NCBI GenBank assembly: GCA_900291995.1
Contig: OLMU01001683.1
Span: 1 to 39,423 of the forward strand
Length of the DNA stretch: 39,423 nucleotides
Source: Licmophora abbreviata
Lineage: Eukaryota
Direction: 5' to 3'
Positions 10,630 through 23,069 of the stretch are shown one piece after another (position 1 is the first letter of the stretch; each line of letters starts with the position of its first letter). Below the pieces are notes generated by a model. That model was not told the DNA's origin, ran no database searches, and was given only the letters and a program-made list of their open reading frames with translations. A program made the translations under genes and the position numbers.

Positions 10630-12058
10630 TTAACACCTGTACTGCTTGACCACACAATCGGATCCACCGGAACAAATGACACTATCCCCAAACGCAAGGC
10701 ACAAGCTTTTTTCTCCCTTCGGATGGGCTCTCACACTATGAAGCGGCAGTGAGGATCGAATGTCCCACACCTTGATGATACCATCGTGACTGCCGGACGC
10801 CAGCACGTACGGATCCTTTTTCGACCATTGCACCGCAGACACCCACGCGCTGTGACTTGGTTTGAGACTACTGTCGGAAACTAGACTCGATCCATGCTCT
10901 CCCTTGATGTTCACTCGGACGTCCCAGAGCCGGATGGTACAATCAGGATGACCAGTCGCTACCACCTCAGAGTGATAGGACGAGTCCAAGCAAGCTACGA
11001 CCCGGGATCCATTCAATGTAAGCAGGCAATCCTGTCTTTCCATGTCCCAAACCTTGATACTGTGATCCCAGCTACCTGTCACGAGGGTCTTTCCAGTAGA
11101 ATGCGGCGAGTTTCCCCAAGATATGCCACTTACGTCGGATGAGTGAGCCTGGAACGAAACAATGGGCTTGAGTGTAAACGGCCTTGCTGAACCTGCCCAT
11201 ACCTTGCCAGTGGCCCCGGTCTTTGCTTTCTTGGTAGGCTCCTCCGCGTAACATCGCTCTCTTTCGAAGAAAGATCCCAGAGACAGAGGCCGCCATTCCA
11301 GTCACCGCTGGCCATCCGGTGAGCTGGCGAAAATATGTCAACGCTGTTCACAGATGCGTCGTGTCCGACGCACTTGGCGTCGAGGGCACATTCGTTCGTT
11401 TTCAAGTTCATTCTATGAGACACAAGCGTCTGGTCCAGAGAGCCCGTCGCTATAATTAGCTCTCCATCATTTTCCATCGCAGAAATGCACTTGATAGGTC
11501 CACTATGAGCCGACACGGACGCAAGAGTTTCAAGGTCTGCGCTGTGATGGTTGTGAATCATCAGTTTGCCGTCATAGCCTCCAGTGCACAGAACTCCCGC
11601 GCGACTTGATGAAGTCATTGCTGATATCCAATCTGGCTCAGGCTCTCCCTCTCCTGTGAGTTCGGGAGCCTGCTGCGCTGGAAATACGTAATTTGAATAG
11701 CTTTCTCTAGACTCAGTCCAAGACGACGAGCAGCAGTCTCGACACCTGTCCGTAGCAGCTTGTTGCCAACGAGAAAGTCGAAAGGCAGAGCCTCCAGTTT
11801 CTCCATGTCATCATCCATGTCATCCTTGTCGCTTTCATCGTCTTCTTCTTCTCCTCTACCCAGAAGGTGGTTTACGATTGCAGACAGACCCTTCCGTCGA
11901 ATGTCGGCTGGAATGGCAATCGAATCGGTGGGAACCTCGAGATTTCGATCCCTTATGGAAGGATCTAAGACAAATGACACTCGAATCTGCTCTCCGACAT
12001 CTTCGTCGTCGTCGGAGTTTCTCTTGTTTTCAACGTTGTTCTCGTTCATGGCGGCCAT
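10630..12058 (-). CDS. WDR12: Ribosome biogenesis protein YTM1/WDR12 (ubiquitin-like N-domain + WD40); frameshifts at ~11680 and ~11248
   Basis: N-domain LSAIVNHLL...PFDFLVGNKLLRT. Restoring one base at each site gives ...ITYFPAQQAPE..EPDWISA..TGGYDG..AHSGPIK..ASGDWN..AH...VTGSWDHSIKVWD..WVSAVQWS..ASGSHDG..WDIRS. Confidence 0.9.
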
Positions 12059-12339
12059 GTTTTCTTTTTGAGTTTTGGCGCGCAGGGTTTTTTGTTGGAG
12101 TGTGATTCGGAACTTTCTCAGTGGTGGAAAACGCATCAGAAGAAAAAGTAAGGCTCATATCCTAGTAAATTGGAAGCGCGACCGACGAGACCATGATGGC
12201 GACAGGCGGCGACGCGGCGACGACTGATGCGTAGGTTCCTACCCCGGTATTACAGGAAAGACAGAGTGTTTGAGCCACCCAGAGTGTTGGTTCTATTGGG
12301 TTCGTGTTATCGGTCTCATTTTATGTCATTAGAGACGGA

Positions 12340-14649
12340 ATGAGAGGCGTGAGCTTTCCTTGCCGTTCCATTCAGCGTACACTACGGCATCATCGGATAA
12401 TAAGACGGCGGCATGTCGGTGATGATAGTCGCTCATTGCTGCTACGTCGGCGGCGGCCGACCATAGAAGTGACACCTGGGTTACTGCGATCTATGACGAC
12501 ACTGGATATTGCTCGTCCGCAATATGGCGATACTTTGTCCAGGAGATGTTTCTCGGTCGAGACGCCGTCCCGGAATGGTATCACAAATGATGCAGAAGGA
12601 CTCAAATGGGACGAGCTTTCAAGGGACGAGTTCAGTGAGCGAATCCGAGATGCATGTCGAGAAGGCAGAATGAAAGAGGCAGGCGTGCTTCTATCGAGGA
12701 CAGAAGAAGTCTATTCCGAACAGAGTACTTTCTTTTTTCCCGACTTGGAGGCCTACACTTGCGTACTGGATGGGTGGTTGGACTACCAAGCGATGCTCGA
12801 TCAGCAGGAACAAAGCAGCGGCGCGACCTTGAAGAAGATGGCAGCTGTCGCAGAAGAAGCGGAGACGGTGTTGCACCGCATGATTCAAAACTCCCAACAT
12901 CTGGCAGAAGAGAGTAATGATACCGGCGGAGTGCACCACCTTCGACCGACCGGACACCACTACAGCGTCGTGATTCAAGCCTTTGCTCGTGTTGCTAGGG
13001 CGATGCAACGAGAGGGTATATCTCTCAAGGGAATCCCACAGCGAGCACAGCACGCCTTAGAAATGATGGAAGAGGAGTACTTGCGGGATCCGCTATCAGA
13101 AACTAAGCCACCAGCTCTGGAAAATTACCATCGCGTCATGGAGGCTTGGGGCAACAGTCTAGAAAATATGCGGGGGACCCGTGCCATGAAGATCTTTGAC
13201 AAGATCTCAGAAAAAGAGTCTACTGATGCAGAGACTCATCGAATAATGATGCGCGTGTGGATTCAGAGTGGCGAAAAGTGGGCAGCCCACAGGGCGACGT
13301 GGCACTTGACAGTGCTGGTCATGAACCTGCGCAACGGCGAGAAAGAAATGGAACCCACAATGGAAGACTATCATCTGGTACTGGAGGCATGGTCGAAAGC
13401 TAGGTAAGAGCGAAATCAGCCTACTTCTTGTCTCGCCACTCTAAGTCTCGTTCTCTCGCGGTCTTACTTCTTTCATTGTGCTCACAGTGATAAGAAGAAA
13501 GTGGGTAAAGCCCGAACTGTGTTTCGCCATATCGAAGAAGGACACTCGTTCCGGCGCTCTGACGTCCAGCCCGACGAAACATGCTTTCGTTTTCTCCTTG
13601 AAACACTGGCGTCGTCAACAGGATGGGGCAATGGGCCTATCGTGGATCTCTTGCTGAATCAGATGAGAGAGCGCCAGATTATCCCAGATTCGAGGTGCTA
13701 TAGCGCCGCCATTCGTACTTGGAACCACCAAGTTCGCCACAAGAAATGTGAGAAGCATCACGAAGATGCAATGCGAGCTTTTCATCTTTTGATCGAAATG
13801 GAGAGAGCGCATCATAGAAGCGCTCGTTTGGATATCAAGCCGAAGACCGCTGACTACAACGCTGTTCTTCAAGCTTTGTCTTTCAGTGCGGAGCGCGGCG
13901 CAGCCGAACGTGCAGATGCCCTGCTATCGAAGATGGAGAAGGCCGCCATCTTTAATGATGACGATGTAGTACCGAACAGTGACTCGTTCATCTTTGCTTT
14001 GTACGCATGGTCGAAAAGTGGCTCAGAGGAAATGGTCGAACGAGCAGCGGGCATTTTAGAGCGAATCAAGGACAAAGACAAGCTGTGCCACCCTGCGCTG
14101 AAACCGAATGATCGCGTGCTCACTGCTTTCATCACTGTATGCGGTCGGGTCCCCAATGACATGGATGCTGAAGAAAAGAGACATGTATGGCAACTGGCTG
14201 TTGGGATGACGGAAGAAATGAGAGCGATTGGAGCGGGTCCCAACTCCGTGGCGTACACTTGGTTGATAACAACCTGCAGGAAGCTACTGCCACCGGGAGA
14301 CGAACGAGAGCGAGCGCTAGCGAACGTCTTCAAGAGCTGCTGCGACAATGGAATGGTAGACGGACGTGTCTTACGACTCTTCCGAACAGTCGCGTCTGAG
14401 GAAATGTACCGACAAATGGTAGTGGACGCTACTAGCGACGCGGTGAATGGAAACTATGTCCCAAGCGAATGGACGAGGAACGTTGGAGTTGGCGCCGCGC
14501 ATACACCGCTTCCGCTGACGCTAGAGCATGGATTCGACTTTACACCTGCGTTCGATAAGAAGATGACGAAGCTACGACAAAAGAAGAACCAGCGTCTACT
14601 TCGCGGCGGCCGGCTCAAAAGCACGAGACGGCAGGAGACGTACTATTGA
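12340..14649 (+). CDS. Degenerate pentatricopeptide-repeat (PPR-like) protein, likely mitochondrial; intron 13404-13487
   Basis: Repeated P[DN]xxxYxxVLxAW helical units and an Arg/Ser-rich presequence from ATG 12340. A GTAAGA...CACAG intron joins the two ORFs in frame (KAS|DKKKVGK). Confidence 0.8.
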
Positions 14650-14714
14650 CTTCGTCGGCATCAAAAGTCCTGACTATTAAAATCAAACTACTATAATTTG
14701 CCTCTTACCTTTTG

Positions 14715-16395
14715 TCACTTTTTCGGCAACGCCGACTGAAATCCCGCATTGTCAGAGAACCACTTCTTGTTCGCGTTCCCGCACGCGCTCCTTGTTGGCA
14801 TCCGGATTGACAAGTTCCATTCCTTGGACAGGAGTAAAGACCATACTGCTCGCCAATCCGTTGGTTGTCGTCCCCGCTGCCATTTGTACGGCTCGCTTCC
14901 GAGAAGCCTTGGTATTTGCTTGGCGCATCTTTCGTTTTTCGGCCGTCTTGCGCAGGGCCCCGCCTTCCGTTGTGTCCAGCATGCCCATTGTCAAACCCAT
15001 CGCATCATCGCCGTACTCACCAGCCTGCGTGGAGAAGGCCCTCGTGTTGGCCTGCTTCATCATTTCAGTCTCCTCGAAGCGTTCCTTTAGTCGTCGCATA
15101 CGCTTTCCGCCTCGGCGTTTCTTGATGGTAAGGTCTGGTCTGAAATTAGAGAAGAAGCGGTGAATTGACGCGAGACGAGTTAGTTCGTGCACGAGGAGGA
15201 GCAACATTGCACAGTTCGACAGGTAAAGCGACGTTCACACGAATGCTTCTCAAAACACGCCCAAGACGATATTAGCGAAATAGATTCGAACCAACATCAA
15301 TCAAAGCGACGACATGCGGAGTACTACTTACTTTGGTAATGCTTTCACGACACGAGCCTTGTCGGGCTCTTCCCAAGATGCAATCTTCGTTTCAATCTCC
15401 CGACGAAATTTCTCTCCCGACATGGCACTCCGCGGTCGGCCCGTGTCGGCATTGACAAAGTCGCATCGCGCTGCAAGAGCCAACTTGGCTGCCACCACCT
15501 TGAGTGCCTTCTTCTGAAGGTAGGAAGGGCACTGCTGGACCAAATCGGACTCGATGAGGATTCCCATATGGGGTTTGGAGGCGGCGGAGGACAGGCCTGC
15601 TCTGGAGGTTGCATTTTGTTTGACCTGCCCTAGTACTTGCAGATTGCAAGCGGGGATCTTGGAGAGTTCGGCCAAGCCTCCCGCCAGACCCAGTAGTTTC
15701 GCCGCCGTCGATGGACCGACCAAGGCGCACACGCTCGGGGCAAGACTCTCCATACGACCCTCCACAAAACGGGTCAGTTCCATTTGCACCTCGGAAACTC
15801 GTTCCATGTAGTCCGCAGCAGCATCAACATCTCGTAACTCCGTGTCTGACAGTGGACGACCCGATGTGGTACTCCCAGAGACACTAATGGTGATGATCTG
15901 GTTGCTATTGAGGAATCCGTTGAGCTGATCATTGACCTTGGTCATGTCCATTTCATTGCCTATGACCCTAACAGCATTCTTATACTTGATCGGGTCCACC
16001 ACGAGCTCTTCTAATTCTGGAAACTTGGCATGATAGGCAGCGCACAAGTCCCCGTGGGCACGAGTCATCTCATTGGCAAGATTCGAAAGGTGTTTGTTGG
16101 ACTGTAATATCAAATGATGCTCCTCCTCTTCTTGTTCCTTACTACTCGCAACCGTAGAAGAAGACTTTCGAACAGCTTCCAGATGGGTCTGTAGTGTGGA
16201 ATCATCCAATAGTCGCTTTCTCGTCGTGATGGGGTGTGTCGGATAATGAGCGGCGGCAGCATCGTTCGTGATGGCAGGAGGGTCGTCGTCGTCGTTTGCG
16301 GTCGTCTTTTCCAATACAGCCGACGCTTCCTCTACGTCCGAGAGGTCATCCAAGTCGTCCAGTAGGGTGTCGGTGAGTGTCGCTGTAGGTTCCAT
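14715..16395 (-). CDS. PRPF31: U4/U6.U5 tri-snRNP protein PRP31; intron 15140-15331; +1 frameshift at ~14775
   Basis: KFPELEELV, Nop domain AGGLAELSKIPACNLQVLG, AAKLALAARCD, KKRRGGKRMRR and GLASSMVFTPVQGMEL. Removing one base restores ANKKWFSDNAGF to the stop at 14715. Confidence 0.95.
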
Positions 16396-16419
16396 GGTGA
16401 GAAGTCTTTATTGACTAGT

Positions 16420-16449
16420 CGATCTATACCGATCTATACCGATCAATAC
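16420..16449. repeat. Three copies of a 10-nt unit (CGATC[TA]ATAC) just upstream of PRP31
   Basis: cgatctatac cgatctatac cgatcaatac seen directly. Confidence 0.8.
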
Positions 16450-16521
16450 GAGTGTCTCGGCGCGGCGACGATGATATGTGAGGAGAGCGTCGCGGACACA
16501 GCGAGTTTTTCGGTTTGCACA

Positions 16522-16579
16522 TTCCACGTGGAAGTTCAATGTGTGAATGCCGCCATTGAAGCTTCGACTTCCACGTGGA
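16522..16579. promoter_or_regulatory. Pair of extended G-box palindromes in the PRP31/rbfA divergent spacer
   Basis: TTCCACGTGGAA at 16522-16533 and TTCCACGTGGA at 16569-16579. A regulatory function is inferred. Confidence 0.4.
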
Positions 16580-16778
16580 GGTCTGAGGCGAGGACTTTAG
16601 TCGTTACAGTCTCTTCAGGCTCACAAAATCGCGGCGGAGTCTTTCGTTCTGACGACGATGGCGGTGATAATGATGTACTATCATCACACTGCAATCCTTT
16701 ATACGGATGCTTGTTGAGCCACTGATCTGCTGCTGATTGACTGTTGTCATATTACGTGATACTCCAAGCGACTCCATC

Positions 16779-17507
16779 ATGGCATTCCACCACCGTTTCA
16801 CCCGAATGCTGCTGTACAGAAGAAGCCTTCCCCTTTGTACTTATACAGCGGCGGCATCCGTCATTTGCAGCGAGCGCCTTGGGCGTCGGGGCGCTTGTCG
16901 TCTATCCACCATCGCTAACACCACCTCATCGTCAACTGACATGAAAATCAACAAGGACAACGGAACTGATGCAAGCAATGATAGTCTCCTCATTAGCAGT
17001 GCACGCCCCGAACTGCGCAAGAACGAAGACTTGGAGACGGTCAAAAAGATGGGACTCGCACAACTGGAGGCATGTACACGCAAAGTCACGGAAACGAGCA
17101 ACAGCAGAAAGCCCCTATTTGTACCAGACGAGGATACGACTCCGACTCCCGATCAGATAGCCGAAGCGCGTCGTGTGCTCGGTGCGACGCAACAAGCCTT
17201 GAATCAACTGACACGAAAGGATTCCCTCTTTACCATTCAAGGGGATCCAATTGAATTGCTCGATGTGGAAGTCAGTCGCGATTTACGACAAGCGCGTGTT
17301 CATTGGACACTGCCCTTCTGGATGATGGAGTACCCGGAAGACGTCCATAAGAGAGCGACGGAGCGCATGCAAGACATTCTGGACAAGCGTGGTGGAAAGA
17401 TACAAACGTTGGTTCACGCGCAACTCAGACACTACTATCCACCCAAACTCAGGTTTGTAGCGGCTGACGGTGACCTGCTGCGATTGACACTCAAGGGTGT
17501 GCTGTAG
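16779..17507 (+). CDS. rbfA: Ribosome-binding factor A (organellar, probably mitochondrial)
   Basis: IELLDVEVSRDLRQARVHW and LRHYYPPKLRF match RbfA motifs. Arg-rich presequence from ATG 16779. Confidence 0.8.
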   Translation: MAFHHRFTRMLLYRRSLPLCTYTAAASVICSERLGRRGACRLSTIANTTSSSTDMKINKDNGTDASNDSLLISSARPELRKNEDLETVKKMGLAQLEACTRKVTETSNSRKPLFVPDEDTTPTPDQIAEARRVLGATQQALNQLTRKDSLFTIQGDPIELLDVEVSRDLRQARVHWTLPFWMMEYPEDVHKRATERMQDILDKRGGKIQTLVHAQLRHYYPPKLRFVAADGDLLRLTLKGVL

Positions 17508-17548
17508 TAGTCCAATCATTAAAATTGATTCTATGCAAAGCCTTACTA

Positions 17549-18887
17549 CTACCGTCGGCCCCGCTGTTCCTTTTGCTTGGTCATGAATTTCTTATACACT
17601 CGGTCGTCGTTCGATCGTCTATTGCGTCGCTCCGTCGCTTGTCCGTTGTCACTGCTGGAAACCTTTGATCCACGAATGACCTCACCATCATCACCACCGC
17701 GTGCTCCTCCCCTCCGCGCAGCTTCAAACCCGATCCTACCGTGGTTCATAGTAGCGCTCATCTCCTCTGCATTCTTCTCTTCGGCATTTTCAGGAAGCCG
17801 TTCCGATTCCTTCTTGTTCTGCAACCATTCTTCGGCGTGCTGTCGAAAATTGTGGGAGTACGACGAGCCCACACCCGAAACATCACTTCCGAGAACTTCG
17901 TATCCTGCAGACGATGCTGTTCCCAAGTTGGCCAATGACGACGACTGCAATGTCGATTCGGAAGTTGATACAGGCGCAACGACAGTCATCATTGGAACCG
18001 ATAATGATGCTGACTCATTCTTGTTGCGGCGCTTGCCCTTTCCCACGGCGAAGCTCATGGGTAGCTGGGCAGCAACAACAGCAGCAGCATCCGGTTTGGT
18101 GGAGGTCGTCGGTATGGGATGAGCGGCCCGGCCTCCATTCGAGCTCGTCGCTGCCGCCGTCTCTGCAGCGGTCTTGAGTCGATCGTCCACAGGCAGCGTG
18201 ACTTCTGCAATGCCAGTACCTCCCACGCATGGCACCGCCAGACCCCACGTCGCCTTCGGCGGTAGTAGACTGTTCCTTCTCGGGTTTTCCTGCCATTGCC
18301 TGAGCAGATGTCGCAAGCTCTGCATAGAGCTTCTGTTCTAGTGCCCTTACCGTTGAAGGCTGCTTTTCGGCTGTACTAGCTTCGTCCTCAATGACTTTAT
18401 CGCGAATAGTTGTTGTAGTTGTTGTTGTATTTTCCTCGGAAGTGCTTCCTAGCTTTTGTTGAATGAACTCTTCCATTGCACTCATGTGTTTTCGTTCCAT
18501 GACACCATCACCAGAACTGAAATCACCCCCTGTTCCACCGCTAAATGTCCCCCTCAGGCGCTCTTCCAAATTCTTTTCTTTTGGCATTTCCGGTTGGTCA
18601 TTGGCCGCCGACGCAGATGAAAGCCCCACGGCACCATTCACGGAGGAAGATGCCGCTGACTGCAGTGTTAAGGCTGCATCGATCCCCCGCTTAAACTGCA
18701 TCGACTGCAGTAATTTCCTCTTCTTTTTTGCATGGAGAATAGCTCCCATTGTAGACGAGTCGTCGTTTCCGTCAACTACTGTGATGCTTCCACTCTTGTC
18801 GAACGTATCAGCTGTTGCATCGTCGTCGTCCACGCGGGTGGTCCTCAATCGCGCTTTCGTCTTGATCTTCTTATTCTTCTTAAACAT
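17549..18887 (-). CDS. C9orf78/TLS1 (Hep_59 family) spliceosomal protein; +1 frameshift at ~18227
   Basis: KHMSAMEEFIQQKL, GTGIAEVTLPVDDRLK and C-terminal SNDDRVYKKF. The two ORFs join at GGAM|xGGTGIAEV by removing one base. Confidence 0.8.
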
Positions 18888-19211
18888 GACAAGAGAATAC
18901 GGGAGCTGTATAGGCTATACCGGTACTTTTAACGTCTCGGGCGATTTGTATGTATGATGGAATACACGAAAGAGGCGCCGGCTATTGCAACGAGCGCACC
19001 ATGATGTTTGTCTCTGCTGTATGGATGATGCATCAGTTTTGTGCTGGATTTTTGTGTGGTTGTACCGCGTCTGTCTGTGCTCGTCACATGCTGTTTTCAA
19101 ACGCACTTTCGCGCCAAGCTATCACAACGACGAACTGGACTTTCGCACTATGGACTCCACTGAAAGCTACACAACCTAAATTCATCTTCAAATGTCTATG
19201 ACTTGAATCCG

Positions 19212-21375
19212 TCAAAGATGAAACATGGCCTCTGGCGACAAGCTTCGACCGTCAAGCATCGCTTCAAATGCCGTTCTTGCGTCCAACGCCGCTCCTGGCT
19301 CCAGCAAGTTTTCACGTACCGACGCGCCAAGTTTTCGTACTTGGGCTTGGTCTCTGATGTCTGCTTTTTGAAACAGAGAAAACAGCTCCGCACCCAGCAG
19401 TTCTCCGTACAGGTACCGATACTGAGCTATGCGCTTTCCCTTGACGTTACTTTCAATCATCTCCAGCATCGGCATCAAGTCGCTCCGGTTGGGCAACTCA
19501 TGCGGGACAAAGTCCAAAGCAATTCGTCGTTGAAAGGAAGGAAACGACTCGTCTTTTGCTTTGTTATTCGTAAACATACCGACTTCTAGCTGCGACAGAA
19601 ACGCATGCCGCAAGAGATCGTTTGCTTTGCGCAGCAAGCGTTGTTTCGTCAAGTTCTCTATCACGTCGTCTGGCATGGTGGCTTGCGAGAGATGTGCGAA
19701 ACTCTGTAGCACCGATTTTTCAAACAGCCAGTGTTCCATAAACTAGCAAAGGTGGCGTGTTTTAGCAATCGCGTGAGCACAATGTTATAACTCTGCAGTG
19801 GAGACTGCTCACAGCGCAGACGCAGACACAAGCACTCACTTGAGGTATGGCTTCCGACACATCGACTGGCCCATTCTGCGCTCCCAGTATCGTCTTGTCA
19901 GATCTCGTCAAGGCAAACTGCAACACATGTCCGAACTCGTGCACTAGATGTGTCGCGTCTTCTATGCGCAACGGGGTCGGCATATGATCCCACATGGGAG
20001 CTTGAACAAGACAACTGACAAATGCCGACCGCTTCCCCCAAAGGGGACTCATATAGGGTCGCAACAGTTTCACGGGCCGACTGTACGGATCAAAGTAGAA
20101 CGAGGATACAAACTCGTCACTGTCGTCTTGATGAATGTGAAACAACCTGACATCAGTGTGCCACCCCTGTGCGAAGTCCGTTTCTTCGTGTATTCGAATG
20201 CCAAAAAGAGCACGAGACAGTCCCACCAGTCCCCCTAAAACTCCATCCAACGTCAAGAAGTCGCGAGTGTCTACCATGTTGCCCTCGGTCGCATCTTGCC
20301 ACTCTTGCACTGGCGTCGATTCAATCACGGGAGTCAGACGCGACGCGATTTGCTGATGAAGCGACTCAATTTCCGAAACGGTGCTCGCCAGGCGAGACGA
20401 CGGCTGTTCTGGTGATTGCAAGACCAAGTCTGCGTAATGATCGTAACCCAGCACCTTGGCACGCTGATTCTGTACGGCGATATACGTATGGATAAGTTCC
20501 AGCTGTGTCTTGGTTGTCGATGGCGATGCCTTTTCTGGTTTGGAAGGATCTGTCCTTGCTGCTTGTTTGAATACTTCGGACTCTAGCATTTGCAGCGCCG
20601 CATCGAGCTGTGGAAGTGACGAGTTCTCTTCATCCCTTTTCGTCTGAATTTATTTTCACGCTGTCTTGAACGTAGTACTGGACAAGCCACCGCGACTCGC
20701 ACGACAGCGAATTGGTACGTCGCTCGTCCTGGATCCGCCGCAATGCCTCCCCAATAGCAGAGGACTGCAAGTGAGGCCGCTCCTGGAGTAATCTGTGTAC
20801 TTTGGAGCTCGCCGACTGCCATTCGGGTACTGTTGCAGCGTCAGATAAAGAGTGGCTATATTTGCCACATAGAAGGACGATGCTTCCAATCGGTCGAGTC
20901 TGTTCAGCAATCGCTCTGGGTCAGTGACATAGCGGTTCATGTCGCGTTTCAAATCTTCCTCAAGTTCTGACAGAAGAACCCGATTGTCGTCGCATACTTG
21001 TTCCGCTGCTTGTATGAGATGATGAGGCATGACTTTGGAAAAGTCTGGAAGTACTGGATTCTTCTTGTTCTGTAAGGCAGGGGTGCTCTCGTCGTCGTAG
21101 GCGAGCATCCCTTGCAATATTGGATTCGGAGGATTCAAACTTCCAGATCGGACCACATCCCATACCCTGTTCACGATGGACAGCGAACGACGTGTGGGAA
21201 GAATTGTAGGACCAAACCTGAGACGCGCCTTCCTCCCATGAGGCGAAGGCTCCCTCGTCGCTAGCGCCGGAGGTACCGCTAATTTGATATCCGCCGATGA
21301 TCTCGAGCAATGGCACCTGCCGGTAGAGAACCACTGCTCTAGCAGCCCACCAGCCGTTCGGCTCCTCCGCATCAT
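19212..21375 (-). CDS. M3-family metallo-oligopeptidase (oligopeptidase A-like), mitochondrial-type presequence; intron 19743-19839; frameshifts at ~20826 and ~20635
   Basis: LPDFSKV, AKVLGYDHYA, LFGIRI, WHTDVRLF, FYFDPYSRP.K, zinc motif HEFGH, and EAIPQ|FMEHW across a GTGAGT...CTAG intron. Confidence 0.85.
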
Positions 21376-21727
21376 GGCAGATAACAAGATGAAGGATGAC
21401 GATTCAGCCTATATCTATTGCATTACCAATGTAGCAGAGAAATGTGCATCAATGATGGCATGATGAGTCATCCAGTCTCGCACCGCGGTAGCCTTTTGCG
21501 CCGCCATTTTCCATTAGAGAAAAATGGCTCACAGAATGAAAGAGCTTTGCCGGCGCGAACATATATTTATGGCTTTCTGCCGTCGTATTCTTATGGATGC
21601 TTGCCCCAGCCACTCATCCACATTCTGTGACACAGCGAGACGACCATGGCGATGACAGTGCAGCAACGATATTAGCCTCGCAAGACCACCTCTCATTCCA
21701 CATCGCCATTCCATTGAATCTCCTCCA

Positions 21728-22855
21728 ATGACTTCCTCACCGTATCCGAAAATTGGCGATCCGGACTTTGATCCATTCGAATTGCTCGGTATCGAAGACT
21801 CTTCTGCCACTCCCTCGGACATTACCAAAGCATACCGCAAGCTCGCACTCAAAGTCCATCCCGACAAACAGCGGAATGATCTTACCGAGAAACAGGCGCA
21901 AGATTTCTCCTTCCGCTTCCATGCTATTCAAGAGGCGCGTGCCTTCTTATTGGAACCGGAGCATGCCAAGGCAAGAGACAAGTATGTTGTCAAACGTGCG
22001 TCGCAGGCACAGCGCAAGCGGCAAGATAAAGAGAGAGAGCAACACATGTCGGAACGGAGAAAGAGAATGAGAGACGACCTCAAACGGAAAGAAGAAGAAT
22101 TTCAGAGTCAGTCGTCTGCTACTGTAAGCCAAAGTAGTCGAAAACGAGGGAATGAGGAAGAAGTGCTGTTGGAGAAATTGCGAAAGCAAGGAAAGCAAAT
22201 GAAAGAGCAATATGCCGATAGACAAGCTCAAGAACACGATGATATAGAACAGGAGGCCATATTGAGACGAAAAAAGGGAAAGAAGGAACTGGAAGAGAGG
22301 CAGGTTCGACTCAAGTGGAGCCGGAGTCGGATATCCGTGAGTCCCTCGGAAGATTCCTTAGCCAAGCTGTTGGCTCAGTTTGGTGCGATCGAGCATGTTG
22401 AAATGCTCGGATCCAAAGGGAATTCAGCTCTGGTGACGTTTTCCGACCCATCCAGCTGTCGGCCTTGTATAGATTTTTATGCCGAGAGCGATGAAATGAG
22501 AGCCACTGCCGTCGGTATCCGAAAGCATCGCGAAGAGAACGAAGAACGGGAGCAGAGACATCCTGTCGAGTCAATGGCGAGACAGCCTCGCGACGCAGAA
22601 GACTTACAGGAGAGAACGATTCGACAAGCTGCGGAACGCGAAGAACTGTTACGGCGGATGGAGATGGAAGAGCTGGGAGGCAAGGTTCCAACTGACACGT
22701 CGGAGCCGATGCAGGCGAAGCGTCGATCCACTCGGCCTTTTCCACTTGAGTTTCCAGATACAGACGAATACAAGGGCCTGACACCATTGCAAAAACTCGA
22801 GCTGTTTGAAAAGGCTGTCTTTGGGAACGCAATAGCTAGTAAGCTAGCTCTATAG
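21728..22855 (+). CDS. DNAJC17: DnaJ + RRM protein DNAJC17/Cwf23
   Basis: J-domain (DPFELLG, KAYRKLALKVHPDK), a coiled coil, and a C-terminal RRM (VRLKW...FGAIEHV...ALVTF). Confidence 0.85.
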   Translation: MTSSPYPKIGDPDFDPFELLGIEDSSATPSDITKAYRKLALKVHPDKQRNDLTEKQAQDFSFRFHAIQEARAFLLEPEHAKARDKYVVKRASQAQRKRQDKEREQHMSERRKRMRDDLKRKEEEFQSQSSATVSQSSRKRGNEEEVLLEKLRKQGKQMKEQYADRQAQEHDDIEQEAILRRKKGKKELEERQVRLKWSRSRISVSPSEDSLAKLLAQFGAIEHVEMLGSKGNSALVTFSDPSSCRPCIDFYAESDEMRATAVGIRKHREENEEREQRHPVESMARQPRDAEDLQERTIRQAAEREELLRRMEMEELGGKVPTDTSEPMQAKRRSTRPFPLEFPDTDEYKGLTPLQKLELFEKAVFGNAIASKLAL

Positions 22856-23069
22856 AATTGTCGAGGAGTGAAAAAGTTGACATCATCACTTCTTCTTTTA
22901 GAGAAAGCTGTTATAGACTTTCAGCGCTCATGGCCTCACCGCGCGCGCGCATCACGATGCCACAAAACACTCATCGCGTCGTGTGGCATCTTCATCAACG
23001 CTTCTTGATACGATCGTTGATTGTTCCTCGACACATAGCCCTCCTCCTGCAGAGGGACGTACAATTGTC

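Noticed and set aside
10630..21375. Calling WDR12, PRP31, C9orf78 and the M3 peptidase pseudogenes
   Set aside because: Only isolated 1-nt indels, with motifs conserved on both sides; assembly error is more parsimonious.
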